Source: Lingula anatina
Taxonomy: Eukaryota > Animalia > Brachiopoda
Direction: 5' to 3'
Assembly (NCBI GenBank): GCA_051362555.1
Contig: CM120647.1
Coordinates: 13,306,651 to 13,370,650 of the forward strand
DNA length: 64,000 bases
Of this stretch, positions 1 to 18,014 are shown piece by piece. The notes under the pieces were generated by a model. It saw nothing but the letters and a program-made list of their open reading frames with translations. It made no database searches and had not been told where the DNA came from. Made by a program: the position numbers and the translations under genes. How positions within the stretch are numbered: the stretch's first letter is position 1; the number at the start of each line of letters is the position of its first letter.

Positions 1-71
1 GTACAAGATTGAGCAAAATTTATGAATTTGGTTGTATTGAAAACTTTTAAAAACTGACATTTTTCTATCAG

Positions 72-4852
<4,781 letters not shown>

Positions 4853-6293
4853 CCGTCTGCTGGTTGTACATTTTAATTTCTGAAATCGGAATGATATTTT
4901 TGGGGGCCTCAGACACCCCTGACCTAACCCACAGAGCATTAATTTTGCCCTACTGGGATAAAAATGGCAAAATCCTGTCTGCAGCCTGTCTATTAATATC
5001 TGAACTAAGAACAGTATTTATTTGAGCCATCTCCCTGTGGCACTACCAATAACATTGTCCTTCTAGGAATGGACCAGGACGAGATTGGAATAGGACAAAA
5101 GGTGTGAAGAATTCCTGATAATGATGCTAGATTATTTGACATGATATTGAACACTTTTTAAAAACTTATTATAATAATGTGTGTCTGTATTGTACAGCAC
5201 CTTTCTGTCTCATAAGACAATGGTATGAAGTGATAAAAGCATGGTCTTTACTGTGTGAGAAGATCATAGAACTCAGTCGGGTAACTACAATATATAATCC
5301 AGACGGTTTGATTATAACTTTACTGATGTCATATTATCAGGCTTAATACTCAGAACTAAACTTTTCTGAGAATTTTACTAAGAAATGGGACTATTCATTT
5401 ATACTTGATATATATAATGAGAATTATTTATGATAATGACAAATGCAGGCATGTACAATGAGGGGGATAGGATGGGGTGGGGAGGATTGCGTATGAGGGT
5501 GGGGGGTGGGGGTTCTCCCAGTCCATGAAAAGTTTATTTTTTATTTACTTCATGTGTACTGTAGGTGGGCACCCCCCCCCCCCCCCCCCCCCCCCAGCAT
5601 GTTTCTCTGCCTATTACCTTTAAATGAATGTAAATGTTATTATTTAAGAGCAGGCTGGCTGTACCAAAAAATTTAACTATGGCAGATGCTTGAATGATTT
5701 GTATCTAAACTTGAGAGACTACAATATTACTCACAAATACTATTTATTCTTTTATTGTATTTTTGCAAGATTTGTACTTAGGTTTGATGCCAAAAGATAC
5801 TTTCTGGTGTGTACTTATTAAGAACTTGAAATTAAGAAATTCATTAACAGCGGAATAAAACTCTGAGGTGATGAGATAAACTGATATTTTGTTTCAGTTG
5901 ATGGTGATTTGATCACACACATATCCGTATAATCAGAAACTTCTACCAAGACAGACACAATGAACAGCAGAAGTTACTTAAACCATTTTTGCACCTTGGG
6001 TTTTCAAGTTAAAAAAAAAAAGATGTGAATATTTTAAAGATATGTTTTTGCAGAAAGGTAATGAGTTGTTGTCTTTTAGTTAAAACGGACGCGGGATTTT
6101 CGTGCCAAAATTAATATTTAACGATTTGTCCCGGGGAAAACAGTATTTTTCCGCGATTAACCAACCTTTTATCTTCCATTCCCGGCACTCGCCATCACTC
6201 TGTAACATTTTTGGAAAATACAATAAAGTAAAACCTCCACTTGAGCGTAGGTTTACCAACAACCAAATCCATTTTCATACTTAAACTCTCTAG

Positions 6294-6312
6294 ACTTCCG
6301 GATATCGCGAGA
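6294..6312. promoter_or_regulatory. Candidate promoter motifs (ETS ACTTCCGG next to TCTCGCGAGA-like TATCGCGAGA); target transcript uncertain, possibly a distal 5' UTR exon of the STELLO gene
   Basis: Adjacent motifs in a locally CpG-enriched patch, followed by a donor-like AG|GTGAGT near 6388. Confidence 0.35.
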
Positions 6313-6860
6313 TTCTCGTGTTGCAACTGTTAGTCACAACACTGCAATCCAGTTACAGTATCTAGTGAACATTTAATATTTCGGTAGGTGAGTATAGCAT
6401 GCATCCATACTTTAAAACTATGGGCAGCAGTACCCAGTTGGAGTGGTTTGGGGACTGCGAGTGCGTTACCCGAGGAAACAGCAGTTATCTACGCTTTTTA
6501 ACTTCCACTACCCGACATTTTAAAGCACTAATAGTTAATATAAATCACTTGCCTGCAAAGATTCTGAGAACAATTCCTCTTTTTCTTCACGCCCATGCTC
6601 ACGTTTTAGTCAGACATGCTGTCTGCATTGTTTACATCTCGTATCTGAGTCGAGAAGCCGCGTTATTTCAAACTGTGTCAAGATGGCTGACACCCGGGGT
6701 TTGAGGACGGTGAATATGATTCTTTTTTGCGATATTGATTAAGGCCATTTATATGCCATTTTATGTTTTAAACATAGCAATAGTTCTCAGATAAGTTCAA
6801 AAAGAAGTAATCCATGCACTAAGAAAGCGTTTCAAATCCTATTTTTGTCCCTTTAAGCTG

Positions 6861-7106
6861 TAGGGGAGACCGGGGCTACTGTAGTTGGACCCCGGGGTAA
6901 TTTGGCCCCCCATCAAGTCTTTTTAATAAGGTTACTGTAAGATGCTGAATTATTTCATTTGGACTCACTGCCGACGCTTTCTTAGCACTATTGGATACGG
7001 TCACTTTACAAAATGATGTGATCAATTCTTTTACCCCATAGTTACTTTGTTATCAATTGATGGGGGGCCAACTTACCCCGGGCCCAACCAGCCCCGATCT
7101 CCCCTA
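6861..7106. mobile_element. MITE with ~55-bp TIRs and TA target site (Tc1/mariner/pogo-like)
   Basis: TA-ggggagaccggggct...ccccggggtaatttggccccccatcaa versus ttgatggggggccaacttaccccggg...agccccgatctcccc-TA. Confidence 0.8.
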
Positions 7107-9922
7107 TGATAATGTTAATGAACCATTTTCTCATGGGTCCAACACTTGTCTGTGAGCTATTCAATATAAATATTGCTTATTTATGTCTGAGATGAGATAA
7201 GAACTGTGTCGTTGTAATTTTAATCAGTCTGGCTTTTGGCTTCCTTTTTGTGAAGTTCTTGTATGTGAAGTATTCAAGACCAATTTACAAATGTACTTAC
7301 AGCTATGCCACAAGTATGATTCCAATGTTTGTGGTTCTCCAACGGTCAGAGACTTCGCCTTTTTCTCGTTGTAAATAACAAACAATAATAATAATAATGT
7401 CTGTGATTATTGTCAGAACTTACTGTTAAGTATTTAAACTCAATCTTAATAACATGATGTAAAGGGAAAATCCATTCAAACATAAAGTGGGTAAAGTAGA
7501 AAGTGGTTTGATATAGGCTTTATGTATAGTGGCTATTTATTGAATTTATAGATATTATTTCCAACAATGAAAACTGCCGAGATTAAGAGAGGTCAAACAG
7601 ATGTATCAGCTGCCTGTGAACCAATGCATTTGAAGTACTGCACTTTAACTCTTATTTGTTACTTCTTTATCCAGTTCGCTTTTCTGAAAAGCCGGTCGCC
7701 TTTTGTAGTTCTACCCAAGAAGTTGGAAAGTCCAACTTCTTGTTCTACCGTTCGCTGAGGGTGGAGTCTTCAACCGTAAAACCACGTGACCCATGACGCG
7801 GTTGCCGGTATTTCGTTGCGTGTCGCATGATTTCGTGATTTTTTTCCAATCCGGAGAAGTCTGTTCCAATTGTTGATTGTGTAATGTGATTGTGTTAGAA
7901 CACTATTGAAACCCCGTCTGCCAAGACGTGGTCCTAGTGCAGTGTGGATTAGTCACCTAACTTCGGCTACTTGTACATAAATATTTTTAGAATCTGTTAG
8001 TGTTACTGGCCTTAAATTGAAGGTCTAGGTTTAAGGTTTAAAACCGTCTCAAAGTCACGTTTTCTTTTTCTGCATATAGTGTTAAGCTACACACCTTTTA
8101 CAATTTGAATCCCCTAAAAATTTTTTTACCTCTCAAACGAAAATATCTGCTGTCATTTCCGTCTTAAGTGAACGCAAAGACACGATTAAACGTAACGGGA
8201 GACAACTAAAATGTTTTTTTCTTTCTTTCTTTTTTTTTTTTAAGAATAAAACATAAAATCCAACAGCAGTGGCGGGTCGAACAATATTTCATGAATACTA
8301 AAGATACATTTTTCAAGGAAAATTGGATTTGAACATGGATACTTCACGCTGCAATGTTCTCCATTATCCTTCTTATTATCATTATTTTTTCTCTCTGTTC
8401 AGTTTCATTTTACTTTGTTCCTTTTTGTTTTATTTAATTTTATTCTACTTCATTGTTTCTTTTTCCCCCCTTTTTTAGATTGCTGAAAAATCTCTGATGG
8501 TATACTTGTAAGGGAAGTTGATTACGTAACAAGACAATATGAAATAAAGTTTGTTTTTCATATAAATTGAACAGAACTACTGGAATTGTTCTGACCTAGG
8601 ATCCGCGAAACTTTGCGTCTCCCTGTCGTAGACTTCTACTACGTTTGCGGTATTCCGAAAGTTTTTTGGTCTTTGGATCCTTTTCAACTGTACGTTCGAA
8701 AAGTGGCGAATATACAATATGTTTAAAAATAAGAGTGTTTCTATATTCCGTAGGCTCTGTCGTTTGAATACGGTGTTGAGCAGCACGGGCTCCTACCACT
8801 TTCTTAAAAACTGAAGTCCAGCGGAATTTCTGTTTCGAAAAATCAGGCCCCAGAGTTCTATAATATATGCCCACACTGAACTTAATGTCAGTGCAGAAAA
8901 TATATGAATCCTAAACTTTTAAACAGAAGAATACTGAAGTCAAGCATCAAAGGGAGCTTGTGATATTCTCAACTTATTGCATACATTTGAGAAATAATTT
9001 TGAACGCGATCAAAATTAAAATCGAGCAAAGGATGTTTACATGGCCATAAACGTCACCACGGCAGACTTTCTTTGCCAGAAGCATTTTTTTTAAAACAAC
9101 ACTAGATTCTGAGTGTCAGAATCGTGCTTTGAAAAACGATAGTTGAAACTAAATACTAGACACTAACTTCAGCCTAATAAAACGGTAGAGGGCTGCAGCG
9201 ACAAGGTATCGATCCTTCAGAAAGCCGCGCCTAATAAGGCGTACGATTGTTGCTTCACTGAGTCTGAAAGGGCGCCGTGCGCTCGCTTTTCAGCCGATCA
9301 ACCTGTGTGTCCTAATGTGACCTGAAGGCACCGGCAGATAATATAAACATACAGGGACTTACCGTTTACGATGTGAATAATCGCCAGAACATCGTATGCC
9401 ATTTCACAGTACGGCGCCAGTGGCAAAGGTAATGTAGGCTTGAATTGCACAGTTCCGTTTCTATACCTGTAATATTTTTTTAATCTGAATTAAAAAAAAT
9501 AATGGAATTGTGTATTGTACTGCACGTTGCACGTCATCTTTTGAATGATGACCGTTATTCTAATATAATATTTTGATAGGATAATGGAAATAAGAAGACA
9601 AGGTAATAAGTTACCGAGTCGGAAAAAAAACCCCATAGAAAATGGGTCAAGGTATTAGAAAATTGATCAATAGCCGCCATATGCTTTTAGGTAAATATTT
9701 AATGTCCCGATGCATTTTAGAATAGCGGGGTCTTCATTTTAAATAATATATACTACTTGTCGATGTGTACGATAAAGCTAAGGGCAGTCTTTAAGTCGGA
9801 AATCTTAAAATCACGCTCAGGGGCCCGTCCCCTACTTGGGGACAACAAGGACAGCATGAGTACGCCACTGCTGTAGCGACTTGGTTTCGAGGTAAGCATT
9901 GTTTGAGCGTCACCTACATCAC

Positions 9923-10115
9923 AAGGCCCGTAGCCAGAGGGGTCGCGGAGGATTGTCGGAGGTTCGAAAGACCCCCCCCCTTTTCTTGTCAGGAAAAGGT
10001 CCATTCTGGGTAAAATTTGATCTAGGTGTACAAAGGTATCATTGTAAAAGGTCCACTTTTCTAAAAAAAAATAATAATAATAACACTCCTTTTGAAATTG
10101 GTGGGTACGAGCCAG
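9923..10115. mobile_element. Degenerate copy of the CAGGCCCGTAGC MITE family
   Basis: Shares the internal sequence tgtcaggaaaaggtccatt..gggtaaaat.tgatctaggt with the copies at 13840 and 24185. Confidence 0.7.
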
Positions 10116-13100
10116 AATTTACTGTTTATTCCTTAAGTTCTTAGTTAAAAAGAGGTCTTCCTCCCAGTCAAGCCATGCTTTTAGTTGATATCGGACCGAA
10201 GCCACCCATGGCTTTACCTGTAGACATTTGTCACGAAATAGATTTAGCCGAAATTGGTCAAAAACTAAGACCTAAAATGTTAGTCTAGTTATCAATTAAT
10301 GGTAGTCTTCTTGTACATAGTATAGCACCTGTTTTGTAGTACACAAAGACACGATGGATGTTTCATACCAATTTTCTCTTTCTTAAGTGGAAAAGATCTA
10401 CATTGAATTCATATCGTACGAAAGTGAACCAACATGTACCTTGGATTTCTTTTGCAAAATCTGGCATTAGGTTTTGGGGTTTTAGTTGTTGCCAGGGCTA
10501 GTGTAAGGAGTTCGTTGCAATGCATGCATATACCTTTATATATTTTCCCTCCTTTTTGCGGCCTTCTCATTTCGGATGATACATGTAGAGGGTTGTGCAC
10601 GTGTGTGTGTGTGCGTGTGTGTGTATGTGTGTGTGTGTGTGGAGGGGGGTACTTCTTCAACTTGTTTGATAAGGCCCGCTTCACACCCAGCCGGGCAGTT
10701 TCTATACAATGGTCTGGCTATTCTGAAATAGATCCCCCGGGCTAGAGAAGATAAGATAAGTGAACAGGACCTCAGGATCAAGGGCCTACACCCATTCACC
10801 TTTGTATTCACAGGGTCTGTTCGAAAGTAGTGGAGGATGACTATCAATTATCTCGTAGCTGGCTTTGCTACATAAATAAATCTTCACTTTCGAGGCATAG
10901 AATGTCCGTTAGCCTCCACTATAGCAAAAATATCTATGACGATCATGATTACGAACATTTCAGCATGTTGTTTTTTAAATCGAGATACAGTACACCCTAG
11001 CTAAAACCGTTGAAAATAAATAACGACATAGATTAGTGGCCCTGGTATGTTATTATTCCCTTAAAGCGGTTCATTCCGCACATTGCTCATAACATCTGTA
11101 GTGGAATCTATGGCGAATTTTAATACTTATTTCATTTGCAATTACATGCACCCGCCTCCCATCCCCCCTTCCACTGCTCCCCTAAATTAACTTCGCAGTG
11201 AAATATGAATATGTATATATGTTTAATGTAAACCACTTAAACATTAAAATATTAAACATTTAACCACGTAAAATATATAGACCACTAAGCGCAACGAGTA
11301 ATCACAATGCACGATTCAATACAGCGACGATAATTATTTTCACGGTCATATTTATTGATCAAATAAACGCTCTTTTTAAAATATCCGCTCTTTTACGTGT
11401 TCCCCAACTTTTTTTTGAGTAGTATAAATTGTATGAAGTGAGAATAATTCAGATGCCACTATCTTGGACTGATAGGTGATGTATTTCTTAACTATTATAC
11501 TGTCTTAAATATATATTCATTAACTTTGAATACTTTTTACTATTAAAATATTTAGAAAATACTAAAAAATGAGATATAGAGAATATTAATTCACAGCAAA
11601 ATGAAGTGATAGCATCGGGGGCAATTACGGGGGAATGGGGGCATTATCCTTTACATGATAAATATGTAGATTGAATATGTATGTTGGTGTGGATAGATTG
11701 TTATTATATATGATAATTTGCGATTTGCTGGGCTGCAGTACTTGAGAATGGTAATTAACATGGCTAGAGGAAGTTTTAAAAGGAAACAGTTTAGTACGTT
11801 GACATCTGAGGGAGAGGAGTGTAGAGAAACTGTATTACTGGGTGAGTTAAAATAATGCCACGTGCAGTAGCCGTTTTGAGTCCGTCCAAATTCTGCATGC
11901 GTAGCAATACATTTTGTTACCCATTGTGTCCACAGAGTCGCCTCAGGTTATCAAGGTTGTCTTGCCAAAGGGTATGCAGTGCGCGTTAGATGTCTGTACA
12001 ACTGCAGGATTAACAAACATATACCATGACATTTCAATACCCACTACCAGTGCCGCAGTTATTAATGTGGACATATTTGCTGAGGCAATCACAGTGCAGA
12101 GATTAGCCATCTATTTAACCAGAGACATATCTGTGAATATCTGTGAAAAATCAATCTGTGGCCCTGGTAGAGGGTAACATTTCAGCACTTTGCCCTTGAT
12201 CACGAGGACACATGAATATCCTTTCTAAATTAGGTGGGGGGGGGGGGGGGGGGCACGATTTCCCTTGAATAAGATTTGAATTTTTGTTCCGTTTGGAGTG
12301 AAATATTAATCCACCGTGTTCAAACGTTAGAAGCTTTGAAGTCAAAAGCGAGTCTATAAAAATGTTTTTACAAATTTGCCAGTGGTCTTGGATACGCTTT
12401 ATGATGAGGAGAAGGCGTTGGAATTTTCAGGAAAATGTTTTTCTCGTTGCTATATGAAGATCTTACGCATGTTGCGTGCCTTAAAGAAAATTACACTTCA
12501 AGAACAACACCCTTCAAAACTTATCCAAATTGTCAAAGTTTTCAAAAGTAAAAAAAAAAAGATTTGTGCATAAATAACAAAACAAAAACAGTAGGTATAT
12601 TTGACATTATGAAACATTCAAGCAAAATCAACCTTATTTGATGGGTGGACTATTTCAACCTGTTTTTGAATTTCATGCTTTTGTTTTAATTTTGAGATTT
12701 CTGGTCTCTGCGACTTTACAGTATTGGGTGAAACTCAAGTCTCAAGTTGTGATAGTTCCTAGAAAAAAAAGTAATTTTGAGAGTGGTTATTGAGGGAGGA
12801 AAGAGACCAAAATGTATCTCTGGACAAAAAGATAAAAAGTAATCATGATAAAGGGGGGGGGGGGGGGGGGGTCAGCGGCAGGTTTCACACTCAAATTTTT
12901 TAATATTAAAATACTAAGGGACCGTTTACAATGGATTTGGTACACCTAGCTGATGCGCACTAACCCCACCACTAACACGCCCCCTCTTGTTTCAAACTCT
13001 AAAACGACCAGGAAGAGCCATGTTAGTCAACTGATTGCATTCAGCGAGGGGTCACGTGGAGTGAGTGCGCATGACGCGGTCGACAAAATGCATTGCAAAC

Positions 13101-13616
13101 GGTCCCTGACATATTTTGAACGTGACGGACGAAACCTTTTCATCAGCAGTAGAGCATAACGATCTATATATAACGTTGTCTATATAAAGTTGTCTATATT
13201 ATCCTATAGCGCTAGTGGTGAAGCAGGTCTACATAACACACACACAGATCTAGGGAACAACATACCAGTATATTTCATTTAATATTGTTTATGAATTATT
13301 GCTGTCGTTACTAGGGTTTACTTCAATGCACTTGGAAGTTTGATGATTTATAGATTTGTGTGTAGCTGATATTGCAGTAAGTATATATATACGTATGCAT
13401 ATATTGTGCAAAATATATTACCCAGGGTAACGCGTCTTGGATTTGGTGGGTATAGCTGTTCAACTCTCCTGTGTGCCCTAAAAAGGGCAGCTGCTGTTTC
13501 CCTTTTTATGAAATGATATGTGATGGTGTAGCTATCACATCGCAAAATTACAGCTTCCCAGAGAAAGTTTGAAATTTTCGGTCAAATTCAACATTTTGTA
13601 ACCACTAGCAAAGAAT

Positions 13617-13619
<3 letters not shown>

Positions 13620-13670
<51 letters not shown>
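13620..13670. repeat. (TA)n microsatellite
   Basis: Direct reading. Confidence 0.95.
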
Positions 13671-13671
<1 letters not shown>

Positions 13672-13839
13672 GGTATAGCGAGCGTAGTACACCAGCAATA
13701 CAGTCTGTTGGCCTAGCTGTCAGCGACCACAGAATTAGAAAATGTAAATAACAAATTATTTCCCAATTCTGTGGTCCCTGACATACTGATGTTTCAGGAA
13801 TGGTAATTGTAATTCAATACACCGGTGAAGTCCTATGTT

Positions 13840-14006
13840 CAGGCCCGTAGCCAGCAAATTCAAAAGGGGGGTTCTTTTTCTGAAAAAGTGGACCTTTTAC
13901 AACGAAACTTATGTGTACCTAGATAAAATTTTACCCAAAATGGACCTTTTCCTGACAAAAGGTGTGGTTCTTTCGAACCCTCCGAACCCCCCTGGCTACG
14001 GACCTG
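13840..14006. mobile_element. CAGGCCCGTAGC MITE family copy
   Basis: TIRs caggcccgtagccag / ctggctacggacctg; flanks tatgtt / tatgtc; opposite orientation to the copy at 24185. Confidence 0.8.
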
Positions 14007-14392
14007 TATGTCACTAGTACAGGTAAGCATAAGACGGCGGTGTGTGGGGACAGTGCTATCTGCACAAAGTAAAGGTGTCATCACACTGTCTCCGACATGT
14101 ATAAGTGCATGTATTGCTTGATTCGTTTTCATACAGGATAACCCTGCTCATGTATGTTAATGTGAACATTACTCATTTCAGGTGACGTTGGGTTGAGACA
14201 GGGTTGAAGAATTTACGAGGCCGCCAAAGGAAGTAAAGGTTGGCGAGCTTTACAAGCATAACTTGTCTGTAACTTCTCCAAGATCGACGCTCTCACACAG
14301 AAGTGAGCGGAGACCTTCGACAACAGTTCATCACCAAACCCAGTCTGTTATACGGCAAACATATACGTTGCACCACGGAGGGGAAAAAGAAA

Positions 14393-15769
14393 ATGCGTTA
14401 CCAAACTCTCAGAGTTTACGCAATAGTGACAACTGGGCTACTTCTATGCTTTGTGGGATTTTACCTCGGTGTCGATGTTTGCAGTATCCGCAAAGATTAT
14501 TCAAAACCATCGATTGACAATGAAGAACCGAAATCAGATAATAATTCGAAATTAAAAAATGGACCTGATCCCGCCGACGTTAAAGGGGCGGATCCCGCCG
14601 AGCTCTTCTCATCGGCAAACTTCGGCGCTCTCAGCGGGAAGAGGTTTGAGGCTATTAAGGTTCGTGCGTATAAACCCGACGACGGCGCGCGCGATAACAA
14701 CAAGTGCAGCCCGTTCCACACGTCACCAACGGAGAAGAAATGCGACAAGTGGGTCGTCATTACAACCATATTTAAACCGTCCAAACTAGCCTTCCAGTTG
14801 TCTAAGAAAAAGGATTGGTGTGTCGTCGTGGTAGCAGACAAGAAAGGCTTCCCCACGTACGATGTCCCTAATGTCAAATATCTGACGGTTCAAGAACAAG
14901 AGCAATGCGAATTCAACATTTGCAAGCTGCTCCCCTGGAACCATTTCGGGCGAAAGAATATCGGGTTTCTATACGCAATGAAACACGGCGCACAACTTAT
15001 CTATGACACTGATGATGACAACGAGTTAAAGGAAAGCCTCTTTATTCCGGATCCTGCTAAGATTGAAGTTAAAAACGTGAAACTTCAGTCTAAAACTTTG
15101 TGGAACCCCTATCCCTTCTTCAGCCAATATAAAGACTCCTGGCCTAGAGGATTTCCCTTGGAGAAGATTAAAGACAACGCCACCAAAACGCAATCAGTAA
15201 CTGACCAGCTGCCCAACACAAATATCGGAATTATCCAATCGCTGGCCGATCACGAACCCGACGTAGATGCCCTCTATCGGCTAACCCAGCCACTGCCCTT
15301 TGGCTTCCGACAGGGAAATGAATACTACGCCGTCCCTTATGGTATTATGGTGCCATACAACGCCCAGGCTACCCTACACACCTATGATACATTCTTCGCT
15401 ATGTATTTGCCCATTACAGTGACGGGGAGAGTAACAGATATTTGGCGCGCATATTTCACCGTCAGACTATTATGGGATATCAAACGTAGCCTTGTTTTCG
15501 CTTCGCCATGGGTGACGCAGATACGGAACGCACACAACTGGTTGGCTGATTTTTACGCGGAATGGGATTTGTATTTTAAATCGACTCAGTTAGCGGAGTT
15601 CTTACAAAGCTGGAAACCCTCACGTGGTGGAAACATTGCGCACGAAACGAAGGAGTTGTATGTCGCGCTGTATGAAACGACTTTTATTGAGTCGTTGGAC
15701 GTTCGAATTATTGACGCTTGGCTCAAAGATCTGGAGTGCATGGGGTATAAGTTTCCTAAGGTATCATAA
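14393..15769 (+). CDS. STELLO-like (DUF288) putative glycosyltransferase, 458 aa, predicted type II membrane protein, intronless CDS
   Basis: First ATG at 14393 is followed by a signal anchor (VYAIVTTGLLLCFVGFYLG). Family motifs KWVVITTI, WCVVVVADKK, LPWNHFGRKNIGFLYAMKHGAQLIYDTDDDN, WPRGFPL, QSLADHEPDVDALYRLT, LPITVTGRVTDIWRAYF, QIRNAH. Likely 5' UTR acceptor at 14181. Confidence 0.88.
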   Translation: MRYQTLRVYAIVTTGLLLCFVGFYLGVDVCSIRKDYSKPSIDNEEPKSDNNSKLKNGPDPADVKGADPAELFSSANFGALSGKRFEAIKVRAYKPDDGARDNNKCSPFHTSPTEKKCDKWVVITTIFKPSKLAFQLSKKKDWCVVVVADKKGFPTYDVPNVKYLTVQEQEQCEFNICKLLPWNHFGRKNIGFLYAMKHGAQLIYDTDDDNELKESLFIPDPAKIEVKNVKLQSKTLWNPYPFFSQYKDSWPRGFPLEKIKDNATKTQSVTDQLPNTNIGIIQSLADHEPDVDALYRLTQPLPFGFRQGNEYYAVPYGIMVPYNAQATLHTYDTFFAMYLPITVTGRVTDIWRAYFTVRLLWDIKRSLVFASPWVTQIRNAHNWLADFYAEWDLYFKSTQLAEFLQSWKPSRGGNIAHETKELYVALYETTFIESLDVRIIDAWLKDLECMGYKFPKVS

Positions 15770-16746
15770 CAATGGTGATGCTCTTAAAAAATAATTTTGT
15801 ATTATTAATTTATAGGCAAATCAAGCATAAAACAATGACACACACATACATTACGTAGTGTCTCCTTTTTCATTTCCTGCATCCAAAAATGGAGTAGTAG
15901 GCTAATTAAAAGGCCTACGTGCACGAGCACACATCTCATCCTTAACAAATTTCCCGATCTTGAGGGGTCACCGATTTGGTGACATGGATAGATATGTAAA
16001 ATGTATGTTTTAAGAGGACAAAACCTGCAAAGTGCACCACCCCCTTTGCGACTTCCTTTCCAAATTGTCGCGCGCACTGCACAATCTTCACCATTTCAAA
16101 TGTTGACTGTAATTATGAGTTATGCCTTAGGCTTTCAGACATGTAGGCCTACAGGTATATAAACCAAGCGCACTCTATTCTCATACAGCGATATTACTTT
16201 AGGGCCAATATGAATTAGGCCTAACCTGCACAACAACTTGCCTTAACTATAAAGTGCTCTTCAGTTTATTTTGCCTTTTGAATGTGGAATGCGATGATGA
16301 GATTTATTCACTGTAGATGAAATCCAGAATGTGATTTACTGTTACTCACTGTAAATATTATTCAGAATGTGATTTCAGCTTTGTTAATTTTTTTAAGTGT
16401 GTTGCAATTTCATGAGGTTCGGTGCATTTCAGCTTTTTTTTTTCTTTGAAATTGAAGGCTAAATGCTTTAACGAACAGTTTGTCTATAAGTGAAATATAG
16501 TTAAGTCTTATGTTGTCTCCCATTAATTCTTTTCTTGTTCTGAAGATATGTTTTGATATTTAAACGTGTTTGAACGTGTTTATTCAGTAACATAAAAAAT
16601 CGAAATAAAACGGAATTTGGTTTGTTTTGATACTTAATGCTGAATGTCCATTGTCGTCTTCATTTTCTGTTTTCTTTAGAAATACAACAGGCGGCAACGG
16701 CCGGTCCTACCCTCAGTTACTCTGAAGTCAAGTGTGTCGGGAAATG

Positions 16747-17240
16747 CAGGGGCGGATCCAGGATAATTTGAAGGTTTTTTTTTTTTTTAAGGAATGACAG
16801 GCTTCGGATACGAAGCCGACCCTCGGCCCCCTTAGCGTGGGGTTTGGGGCCCACCCAAGGGCCCGAAAAATATTTAGTGTTTTGGAGTTAAAACGGTGCC
16901 ATTTGGTACGGTTTAGAACTATGATTTAGCTAGTTAACATTGTAATTTCAAGAGAGAGAATATTAGTATGATTATATTTTTCAGAAAACGAAGAGCGGGT
17001 AGAAGGGCCCAGGATACCCCCCCAAAAAAAATACCTCGAAAAAGAAGCCAACCCTCGCCCCCTTGGCATGGGGTTCGCGGTGCCAGCTCAAGGGCCCCGA
17101 ATTTTTTGGTGTTTTTGAAGAGAAAACGGTACCATTTGGTACTGTTTAAAACTTACTATGATTCAGCTAGTCAAAATTCTAATTTCAACAGAGGAATATT
17201 AGTGTGAATTTTTTCAGAGATTGAATTATGTGGAGGGGGC
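16747..17240. mobile_element. Degenerate non-autonomous DNA-transposon-like repeat (CAGGGGCGGATCC end) with an internal ~170-bp duplication
   Basis: aaacggtgccatttggtac...actatgatt.agctagt occurs at ~16890 and ~17123, and in inverted form at ~56350-56420. Confidence 0.55.
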
Positions 17241-18014
17241 AAAGGCGTTTTGAGAGAATTGTAGCTGATTTGTCGAAAGCGAGACGGCGTATGCAAATTA
17301 CAGGAACACATGGAAATGGCCTTTTTTATTTTCTTGCAAGACTTTAAAGACATTTACTTATTTATTAAATTCTTTAAAAGTTATTAATATAAAACATACC
17401 ATAAAGAAAGGGTAATTCATTTGGCCATAAAGTTACCTTTAATTGATATTAAGTGGAAATCGTACTCTTAAACATGCAATGTGACCTAGTTCTTCAACGA
17501 AGCGTTTAGAATCTGTACTATTTAGCTTGTTAATTAACCTGCTCTGCTTTGTGAAGGGCCAGATATTGGCAAGTAAATCTTTTCCTGACGTCTAAAAAGT
17601 TATCTCCAGGTACTGTCACACATAGCGCATATAGCACTAATGCATGAAAAAATGCCAATACGCAGATAACTTCGCATACGTCTCGAATATGCAGGCAAAC
17701 GTTGTTGTGAGTTTGCTTACCAGGAGCGAGATAAAATATATGAAGCATGCGCAGAAACGATTTCATTCGCTGCGTGTTATTCTGTTAAACTGATGGCATT
17801 CAGCGAGAGTCCCTGAGCAACTGGATCGATCTACGTGGACCGATAGTTTCATTGAGAATGAGGCCTTAGTTGCTGCTACATGTACCAGCATGACATCTTT
17901 TTTAAGAGTTCATCTCGCCCTCTGGCAGTGGAAAACTATCAATAACGTTTTTAATCGTTATCTCTCATACTGGTATCCAAAGTCAAGATACACTCCAGTG
18001 GAAAAAGGTGGAAA

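Noticed and set aside
14303-14392. GTG-initiated 30-aa N-terminal extension of STELLO in the ORF track
   Set aside because: In a eukaryote the first in-frame ATG (14393), directly before the signal anchor, is the more plausible start.
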